A stretch of 63,920 nt of DNA, filler included, from Octopus bimaculoides (lineage: Eukaryota), in NCBI RefSeq assembly GCF_001194135.2. It is 6 parts of 5 records of this genome, joined end to end, with 100 filler letters (N's around TTAATTAATTAA, not from the genome) between each part and the next. Parts side by side here need not be neighbours in the genome. Positions count along the whole stretch, not along the records: positions 37,367 to 52,155 come from NC_068993.1; 5 more parts are not named here. The stretch is one strand, 5' to 3'. Below, one piece after another: positions 38,229 to 47,815 of the stretch (position 1 is the first letter of the stretch; every line of letters starts with the position of its first letter). Below the pieces are notes generated by a model, which had not been told where the DNA came from, did not search any database, and was given only the letters and a program-made list of their open reading frames with translations. The position numbers and the translations under genes are program-made.

Positions 38229-39720
38229 CAGCCTTGGCCAAAAATATTAGGCCACCCCAATGTTTTGGGTTCTGCTATCTCAATGTCAATGAAATTCATG
38301 CACATGGTAGATTATGGTATATTTCACAATATATATTAGTTTTAATATCTGGCTGAACCTCCTTTAGTATCAATTACCGCTTTTATACGGTTAGGCATTA
38401 AATCAACTAGTTCCTTCCAGGTGCTAGGAGCAATTTTACTCTATTATTCTCTCAACATTTGGTACAAATGCTCTTTATTTTTAATTGTTGTGTTCCTGAT
38501 AGCTTCACCAAAAGTTCCCCATAATTGTTCGATCCGATTTAGATCGGGGCTTTGACTTGGCCAGTCCATGGAAACAATACTCTATGTCTCAAACCATTGA
38601 TGAGTATTCTTTGTTGTATGGCATGCAGCGTTGTCCTGTTGAACGATAACACTATTTTTCGACACTCCTGGATGCAATTTAGCAATTGATGGCTCTAAAA
38701 CATCTGATAGCATAGAAACATAGATTAAATTTTTCTGCGTGCTGTGGCAGACATGCAGGCCCACATCATGATAAAACCACCCCCATGTTTACGGTTGGTA
38801 CCAATCATTCAGGCTTAAATGCTTCCCCAAGTCTGCGACGCACAAAAGTTGCACCAGATGTACCGAAAACCTGAGTAAAAACATGAAAAATAGTATTAGC
38901 TTTATGTTGGATACTTTTTTATATATATTTTGGGCAACAAGCCAGTTACATTAAGTTTATATGTTGATTGAATACATGTACTATCTTACCTCTTAGTTAC
39001 TTTCATCAGATCATATGACTTTTGACCATTGACTTTTGACTGTTTTTTCCATATTCGCTTCAGAAACCCACGGCTTCTTCTTGGCTTTACAGCCTTTCAG
39101 ACCGTACTCTACAAGCCTTCTTCTAACAGTTCTGGTTAATATTTGTGAAGTACTAGCCTTGTTGAAGTCCGCACAGAGCTCTGACGATGTTTTTCTTCTG
39201 TTTCTGAGCGACTGACAGATGATGGAGCTGATATCACAAGGTGATATAACCATTTTTTCTGCCTGTTCTTTGTATTGTCTTCACATCTTCTGTCTCTCTG
39301 AAGTGTTTGAGAGTCGTTTGCACCGCGCATCGGGAACATTTCATCTTCTGAGCAATTTGCCTTTGCGACATTCCATCTTCATGATGATCTTCGATTTGAC
39401 CTCGCTCACACAACATTCACCTCCCTTGTTTTAGCCATTGTACTGTTTATTAACTGTATCTACAATGTATTTTAGCATAAAACTCTGAAATAATCAAGGA
39501 AACATAAGTTCATTTTGGACGTTGGTCTTAACTCATAATTGGTTACATATGTACAGTACGGCATAAAAGCGGTAATTAGTGCTAAAGGAGGGTCAACGAG
39601 ATATTAAAACTAATGTATATTGTGAAATATACCATAATCTACCATGTGCACGAGTTCATTAACATTGAGATAGCAGAACCCCAAAACATTAGGGTGACCT
39701 AATACTGTTGTCCAACGCTA
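38229..39720 (-). mobile_element. Full-length decayed Tc1 (DD34E) transposon, ~160-bp TIRs, TA TSD
   Basis: TA|CAGCCTTGGCCAAAAATATTAGG...CCTAATACTGTTGTCCAACGCTA|TA; TIRs approximately 38229-38387 and 39562-39720. Confidence 0.93.
38342..39438 (-). pseudogene. Tc1 transposase pseudogene with one intron (38871-38989)
   Basis: MAKTRE.., HTH (SQRQIAQKMKCSRCAVQ), RTVRRRLVEYGLKGCKAKKKP, WSKVI*SDES, VFGTSGATFVRRRLGE, QQDNAACH..WPSQSPDLNRIE (34 residues between D and E), GGSARY*. Several stops and frameshifts. Confidence 0.92.
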
Positions 39721-39759
39721 TAGATCACGTTTCTACGTAGATTGCATACCAAAGTAGCA

Positions 39760-39809
<50 letters not shown>

Positions 39810-41870
39810 AGCTCGTGTATGATTGAGAACTTGTTGGTTGATATTTCATATATCTGAGAGATTCTCATTTCGTAAGATGTTCGAATATGGTTCTCTTTAG
39901 GTTGTGAATGAGTGTACTCTTGTCGAGGATTGTAAACATGTGAGTGTATGAGGGTGTTCACTTGATATTGAGACTTATAGGGTGGTGTACTTGTTAACTT
40001 CCACTGATAAGGTTGTATTTTTTAATGATTACGTAGGGTAGATATTTTTAGGTATGTGAATGTCTGTTTGTGCAGAATATCGTCTAGTACCACATATTAA
40101 AACCAGTGCATTAGTGTGTCTACTTTTATACTTGTGTTCATGTATAAGTAACCAACAGTATGTGTGTGAGCACATGTCACCTAGACTATATATGTGACTG
40201 TACCTGTACATATACATATGCGTGGTGGCTATATATGCAATTATACTTATACATACACGTATACACACTGATACATATACATATAGATACCAGTGTGTAT
40301 ACATTTGCAAATTTTTATATGTGTGTATATATGTGTAAGTATTATCCTTCCATGTGTATAGCAATATATGCAGTGTTTCTGAAAACGAGTCTGTATGTAC
40401 CACTGTGTACATTACAAGAAGTATTTGTACGTGTACAAATATTTGTGTATTTGTCTAATATAGAAACTCGTACGTCTACGAACAGATTAGTTTCGGAAGA
40501 ATTAGATGAGAAAGGATTAAATAGAAAGGGATTAGCTAACAAAAGGATTAACTGTAAAGGATTAAGTAGAGGGTGTGTTTAGCGCATTATTTAATATGAT
40601 TTTAAATGAGGAAATGTTTAACATTTTATTTCATACAATATTCCAACTTCGGTTTTCTAATGGATTGTTTTTGGTTTTTTTTTTTGCAATATATTTGTTT
40701 AAAAAAAGATTTTTTAAAATATGCTTGTTATAAATCAGTGTGAAACAGAACGCGAATTCATGGTAGATTTTCAAATTGAGAACAATTTAATGCTTTAATG
40801 CACTTTAAGGGGCACAACGTATCGATAGTTTTCAAATGCATCTATGAATTTCTCTAGTACTGCTTCGTTATTACAAAGTGAAGCGTAAGAGAGTTATTAA
40901 ACAAGCTAACATTGGATTATAGGTTCTGCTTTGCAACGATACTGTTATGATTACATTTATTATTATTACTCTGCGTGCGTAAGCAAAATCAGGGTATTGT
41001 AATCACGTCTTAGGCTGTTTGTCTGTGTGTTTGCAAAGTTACTGGAAAAGGGCTGAACGGAATTTCACCACAAATTTTCCGATAAGCAAGTGGTTATATT
41101 ATTTTGTTCACTTTTTTTTTTATATGAATCGACCCTTGTCTGTGTGTGTATAGATCATGGTGTACTTATACGCGTAGACACGTGTGGGTGCATATATACA
41201 TAAATACATACATAGATATGTGACTATGTGTGTGCGCGTGTGCATTTGTGTTTGTGTACACTGAGGGATCCGAAGGTTTCGTTTATGACTTGATTTCTTA
41301 ATTTCACCGGAATATAAATACCTATAATGGTGATAATTTGAAAAAATTAAGTCAGTTTTTAGATGGTTATATTTTCCACGTCGGGGTTCACCACTTTAGA
41401 TATTATAGGTTGTGGTGTCATCTAATGAGACTCTGCTCAGAAAGGCTGTCATATTATTGTGGTAGGAACCCGGTAAAGAATATACAAACACAAGGTTGGT
41501 GACTTTAAATTCCTTTTATTATGATCACACGTATATATACACAGGCTGAATGAAAGTGGTTGATGTACATTTATTCCTATATCTACATGCATCTGCGTGG
41601 GTTGTATGTTAGCCGTTAATCCGGGTGAGGAACTTATGAATAGCGTTTTTATTAGAACAGTGCAGTGTGTTGGTGCTGTGTAGATGTTGGTGAGAGACAT
41701 CAGTGGTAGTGACGATGATATAGGCCGCTGCAATGTGGTCAGTGGTTAGACCTTAGAAAGTCTGGAACCTACTGACGTTGAGACCAGAAAAAGGTAAGCT
41801 TTTATTGCTGATGGTAGGCTCAAACGCTTGTTTGGAACATAATTTCTCACGTAACTTATTTGAAGGCAGC

Positions 41871-41936
41871 GATTGGTTAGGTTGCATATTGGCGCTCGAT
41901 AGAGTAAGAGACAAATTGCGCCAATATAAACCAATC
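41871..41936. promoter_or_regulatory. Mirror-symmetric cluster of four CCAAT boxes (candidate NF-Y promoter)
   Basis: ATTGG 41872 and 41888; CCAAT 41921 and 41931; inverted repeats ATATTGGCGC/GCGCCAATAT and GATTGGTT/AACCAATC; CpG-rich surroundings; donors G|GTAAGC at 42068 and 42127. Confidence 0.5.
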
Positions 41937-42876
41937 AGAGTGGTAGACACAACGGGGTCCAAAACAGCCCCAAAGGTTAGCTGTTACCTGCTACGTTCGT
42001 ATGTCTGTTATATAATAGAGAAATGAAGTTCACCAGAGTTCGCTACAAGTTCAATTAAAAAGCATGGGTAAGCAACGCATTGTAAGCTACACTATAATTT
42101 GCGAAACAAAATTATCTGCGCGCAGGGTAAGCATCGCCTCTTCGATGCCTTTTTTGCCATTGGTCTTGTAGCTGCCTATTATTTGATTATCAATGCGGCT
42201 GCGTTTAATGACTGTATAGCATACCATAGTACTTCTTACTTTCTCTCAAATACCTGGAATTATGTATAGTTTCATAACCGGTCAAACAAATCCTTACGAG
42301 TGAATTATATGCGAACACGAATCTTTATGCACTTGTAAGTGTATGCGTGTGTTTTGTGTATTGCAAGATCGAATCACAGTGAACTCCATAAGTCTCGTAC
42401 CATGGTTATTTAAACTTGGAATCGAGAAAGGCGAAAGTAGTATGTGTGATGAATTTATTCATGCGTGCAATTGTCTCACTCTTCATTACCATCAACTCTT
42501 TGTTTATCAAATTGATCTATTTTACCTTTTCTCACCAAGGCTAAATTTTTAGCAAAGATTAGATAGATTTTTACCGAACATGAACAATGAAGAATAGGTC
42601 AACTCCTATCAACAGAAAATTATGTACTTTACATAATACATAGACTAACAACAATAATTTTGGTATCCTATTGAGCCCACAAGTAATTATCTTTCATTAG
42701 ATTAACACTTGAGACTTATATGTTTTACTATAACTTATTGTGATTATATAATCTCTGATAGTGGTATTTCGTCCGCCTTTACATTCTGAGTTCAAAGGTC
42801 GATTTGCCTTTCATTCTTCCTGGGTCGATAAAATAAGTCCTTGTGAAAAATTTGAAACTAATATTTAGGGCCTCTA

Positions 42877-43050
42877 AGACGGCGAGCTAACAGAATCGGA
42901 ACCGCGCAGGCAAAATGCTTAGCAACATTTTTCCCGACTTTACGTTCTGTGTTCAAATACCACCGGGATCGACTTTGTCTTTCCTCCTTTCGGAGTCGAT
43001 AAAATAAATATGAATTCAGTACCGGGGTCGATGTAATCGACTTACCTCGA
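42877..43050 (+). mobile_element. SINE family B (other copies: 42760-42840, 45494-45603, 53801-53960 on +; 48290-48432, 55085-55232, 57500-57680 on -)
   Basis: GACGGCGAGCT.ACAGAATC...AAATGCTTAGC...TTTACGTTCTG.GTTCAAAT...GTCGATAAAATAA shared with 8334-8566. Confidence 0.8.
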
Positions 43051-44229
43051 AACTTGTTGCCAATATTTGAAAACAATATTTACGACTTGTAAAACTTAGA
43101 CATATCCATTGACCATTGCACAAATTCATTATTATGTATACGCCTCCATTTCGTTTTAAGGTTTAGTAACTGAAAGTTAAATATTTCCTTTGATTTCACT
43201 TTCACAGCACTGGTTTCCCTCATGTGCACTGTTAATCGTCGGTACACTTAACTTCTATTTGTGCATATTTCCTACGTATAATAAGTATAATAAATGCGTG
43301 CATTTTCCATCATTGCGTCGTTAACAGCTGCTTTGGTAGCTACAATAAGGAAATTGAATGTTACGAGCACAGAAAATGTATATGTCACACCAGTATGGTG
43401 TAGATATTGCATTATGACAGGGGGTATGATTGTACACATTTGCTTGAGCATGTATTTAGCAAGTGGCTTTATGCCCGTTCTCACTTTGGATAATTCCCTT
43501 CCGATCGTCATTACCATATCTAATCCTAGCAACTCGCATGAAATGTAACAAATTTTATTTGAAACTCTCCTAACGTCAAAATTTCATTCACCCATATATG
43601 AATGCTATTGATTATTTTGGGTAAGCACCTAATTATGCTTGAATGTGTTTACAATTATCTTCAACATTGTCCCAATTTTACATCACCATTTGTTATATAT
43701 CTGTGAAAGATTACTAATAGTTGTTTTAGACATTAAATGGTATTAAAAAAATTATCTTTTTATCTTTTACTCTATTACCAATATGATATTCTTAATGCCC
43801 TAGTTTCTTCTATTCATTTATTTATTTCAACTATTCAAAGAACTCTTTTGATTATCTAATCTGAAGTTTCTTCTAAACAGCTTGATATTAATGAATCGTT
43901 TGTTTAAAATAATTCATTCAAATGTCCCTATATGAATATCAAATATGTTTTATTGTATTTCTTAGATGCAAGTATCCAAGTTGATAAACAAACCTAAATG
44001 TGGTTTGACCAATTTCTACGCAACGTTTGCTGCCTGATTGACGTAAATCACACGGAAATAATGTTGGTTTCTAATATTAGTGTGACTATATAAATTTGGG
44101 AGGCTATAGCCACTTTCATTCTCCCTCTCAGATTTGACTGGTATTTCATATTGTTATGAAAGAATAAAAAACAATGCTGAACTTAAGACCGTAAAGTGTT
44201 TTAGCTAAATACCGCAAGCTTAGCAGTGA

Positions 44230-45110
44230 CTTAACTAAGCTCCTCAATGTTCCTCATTAGCTTTCCTTCAACTCTGGAACTCTCTATGTTTATTTTCTTA
44301 CTAAATCTTTTCAACTCCAGTTTAATAGTCCCTTTCAGAGAAAACCACCAGTGATTGTTAAGGATTGACCCCCGTCTAATCCAATCCCTGTCAATTTGAT
44401 GTGCTGTGAAATCAAATTCAGTAAACGTGTCCATGTCGGTGTATTCTATTCATGTCGACTGTACAGATTACATATCCGTGGTCTCTGTCGCAGCCTATTT
44501 TGAATAGCTGACAGCCTATGCTATTTCCATCTGCTGGCCTACAGTATACTTTATCTAGATACGATAGTATTACCTGATCACATTTGCCTAAGTACTTTAC
44601 CGCGCTTAGGAAATCCAATCGATATCCTTGAACCAGTTGGAAATAACTGAACAGGTATGCGAAATCCAGACAGGTAACAATGATGGCATTCCAATTGCCC
44701 GCTAACACTAAAATTAAGAAGGTTCCAAGGAAAATTTCCTTACACTTGCAAGGTATAACCGGCAACTGGTTTAAAGGCATCACCTTCACAACTGTTTGCA
44801 TCCAGGTATGCCAACTTACCCTTCGGCTCTAAAAGGTTCAGGTCTTTCCAAAATAACAATGTCACCTGCTTTCATTTTGGACCGAATAAGTGATACGAAG
44901 ACGGATGTGTTAAAAATCCTGGTTTCCACAATGCCTACAACTGCCAAAGCTAGATACCTGAGGTTATTAGACCGGTGACTTTGTTTCCTGAATGATTTCA
45001 AATGAAGTGCATTTATCAGAAGACTTCTTTTGTCTAATTCCTACTTCTGTACCTTTGCTAACCAAACTACCAAAGTATGTCACCTGACCATATCTGATCC
45101 TGGGATCTCT
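44230..45110 (-). pseudogene. Degenerate apurinic-type (APE) endonuclease of a non-LTR retrotransposon
   Basis: In order: RYLALAVVGIVETRI (cf. IAALQETR), RAEG*VGI (cf. GVGI), RDHGYVIC (cf. L.I.NTFF), HQIDR (cf. NQIDH), KGTIKLELKR (cf. SDH..V..IKLKLK). Multiple frameshifts. Confidence 0.55.
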
Positions 45111-45712
45111 TAGCGGAAAATAGCATGGTATTGCTACGATTATCAAGTACTTTGTCAATATTCTAATACACCACACTTATGAACACTCTGTAGACGACTA
45201 ATGACAGCGAGTGGAATTATGTGTCCGTTTTATACACATTACCGATTTGTGCAATAAACTTACAATTATTATATATGCTACGTGTACTTTTATTGGCTTA
45301 TCCAGGGCTGATATTACGTGCATGCTCGAAGATATCAAAAGGTAGCCGAATAAGTCTTGCCACCTCCTCTACATCGTATTTTCTTTGACATAAAAGCTAT
45401 CAACAATGGCTTTCTTTACTTCCTGATTGTGTATTTGCTGCTAACTTTTCAAGCCTGTGTGGCTCTTCGGATATTATTGTTATGATTACTACGGCGGCGA
45501 GCTGACAGAGTCGTTAGTACGCCGGGCGAAATGTTTAGCGGTATGTTAGTACGAAATGTTAGTACGCCGGGCCAAATGTTTTGCGTCTTTACGTTCCGAG
45601 TTCAAATGAGAATCTCTACATGTCCCATCTTATGTGTAAATCATGACATTTCTGTTATGTTTCCAGATGGATTTCACTTGACTCATGTAGAGATTCCCAT
45701 TTAGCGTACGCG

Positions 45713-46210
45713 GCAGAATGCACGAAACACAACTTGAGTTATGTTGGTTGTACAAAAGAACAATTAAACAAAAGGTTTAATGGGCACAGATTCAACGTCA
45801 GGCACAATAATAATAGTTCGACAGAACTTGCTGAACATTTCGTTTTAAACGGTTGCAAATTTGAAAAAGAAAGTGCATTTTCTCAGAAAATATAGTGAAT
45901 CTGCTTCACTTTTACTTCTCAGAATGCATGAGGAGAAATATGTTTGCGGGTTATTAACATCACGCCTTGCAGGAATGAATAAAATGACAGGAGAATATCA
46001 TCAAATTTATACAAAACTGTGGACGCTGGTTACTCTCGTTCATACTTTAAATTTAAATTTCTATAATTTTGAATTTCTATCACCTCTTATTTTGAACTTG
46101 ACAAAGACAGACTTACTGTCGAAATATCGTTCAACCAATAAAATATATATTACAGTCGAACCGGGTTCTTCGTCTTGACTGTTTACGTTTGTGAAGAGTT
46201 ACGTTAATCC
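45713..46210 (+). mobile_element. 5'-truncated Penelope-like element: GIY-YIG endonuclease C-terminal part, 3' UTR, hammerhead
   Basis: ECTKHNLSYVGCTKEQLNKRFNGHRFNVRH..ELAEHFVLNG then LRMHEEKYVCGLLTSRLAGMN, matching C..C...YVG.T...L..RF..H..VA.HF..E..WI..L......GLN. AATAAA at 46137. Confidence 0.85.
46092..46134 (+). ncRNA. Minimal type I hammerhead ribozyme, U3-A8 core variant
   Basis: TTGAAC | TTGACAA A | GACAG-ACTTA-CTGTC | GAAA TATC^ | GTTCAA: 6-bp stem I, 5-bp stem II, palindromic AUAU stem III, AUC cleavage triplet. Confidence 0.75.
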
Positions 46211-46219
46211 TTTTAAAAA

Positions 46220-46303
<84 letters not shown>

Positions 46304-46310
46304 TATTATC

Positions 46311-47385
46311 ATTGCCTTTGCATAGCTTCTAACGCTGGAGATGTACTACGGTGTCAGCTGTTCACTACCAGTGAACTAAGGTAACATCTCTCATTTTTCG
46401 AGCACCTTCCGGAGTATTCGAGCAGTTCCAAGCAGTACTGTTTTCTGCAAGTGCTCCACCTTTATTGCAGCCCTTATTTGTTCCACGTACGAGAAGTATC
46501 TCGAGATTTTTGTTCACTGTTTCCAGGGCTCCGACGATTATCGGTACTACTGCTACTGCTACCGCCCAAGCTAACCTGTTATATCTCTTGACGTTTCTTC
46601 TTTCCTTATCGCATACCTTGTTGTCAGCTGGGCATGCTATGGCTATGATCCAGCATAGTTTGTTTTCTTTTTCAATTAAGACTATGACTGGCTTCCTATT
46701 CTCTATCTCACACTGAATCATAAAACCCCATAGGAATTTTGCATTTTTATTTTCGATGATGCCTTCGAACTTTTAGTCGTACCTATATTTTGCTCTGTCA
46801 AGTCCATACTTGTTGCAAAGTGACCAGTGGACAAGCCTGGCGTCTCTTATATTCCTTCTGGGCTAGTGGCGTACATTGGCTGGTAACATGCCATACGGTT
46901 TCACCATTTTATCCACAGATTCTGCACTTATCACTTTTTGATGTGTTGTTTATTCTGTATTTTATGTAGTTTGTTCTTAGTGCTTGCTCTTGGGCAGCAC
47001 AGATTAGAACCTCCGTTTCCGGTTTTATATCGCTTTTAGTCATCCACCGCCATCTTTTTTCTCTGTCTGTCTTATCTTCAACACCCCTATGAAATTGACC
47101 ATGCATTCTTTTCTTTACACACCTATTTTCAGTTTCATTCGTTTTTAATTTCTTGTACAGTGCTTTATCCTTGCAATCTTTCATCCTACACAAGCCTGAC
47201 CTTTTTACTTCTAATAATAGCGGTACTGTGGCATTTTTACATACCATGCCTTTTTTTACATACCAACATAGCATGGTATGTGAAAAATGCCACAGAAGCG
47301 CTAGTGCTGTTTCATAGCAAATTTGTTGAAAGATGGGTGACTGTTGGAAGAATGGCCAGTATAAACGGACCAATTCTGAGAATAC
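46311..47385 (-). mobile_element. R4/Dong-clade LINE 3' fragment (zinc knuckle plus restriction-like endonuclease) ending in (TAA)n
   Basis: MHGQF..RWRWMTKSDIKPETEVLICAAQEQALRTNY..KCRICG; RKPVIVLIEKENKLCWIIAIACPAD..; VPIIVGALETV. TAA array at 46222-46310. Confidence 0.9.
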
Positions 47386-47727
47386 ACCTGTAGAAAAAAA
47401 AAGGGGTAATGTAAAAGGAGAAAGAGCTATATACCCCTTTCTTATTTTTTCTGACCAGGCTCCCGTGGTTTTATGGGTTTTTCCACGTGTAACCTTTCCT
47501 TTTTCGAAGCGCCTCCCCTTTTGGGAGTTCTATTTATTTATTTATTTATTTATTTATCTATTTATTTGTTATATCTTTCTCCGTTTTCTTCCTCTGTTTA
47601 GACGAACGTTCCTACCTTNNNNNNNNNNACGTTCCTACCTTTTCGGACAAAACCTTTTGTAACCTTCGTCCTGTCTTTGTCCTTACATGTTTTTAATTGA
47701 TATTAGCCCTTGTGGCCAATAAAACGA

Positions 47728-47815
<88 letters not shown>

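Larger units (their letters stand above)
37859..39763. mobile_element. Non-autonomous TIR element (~410 bp without insert) hosting the Tc1
   Basis: 24-bp TIRs TAGGTGCTACTTTGGTA(C/T)GC(G/A)ATC with 2 mismatches, TA flanks; internal DLVCDLHFK motif. Superfamily uncertain. Confidence 0.7.

Noticed and set aside
43272-43548. Overlapping ~85-aa hydrophobic ORFs on both strands
   Set aside because: No splice signals or recognisable domain; a vague likeness to channel M3 segments is not supportable.
47617-47642. ACGTTCCTACCTT on both sides of a 10-N gap (similar at 2270-2340)
   Set aside because: Typical unmerged contig overlap.
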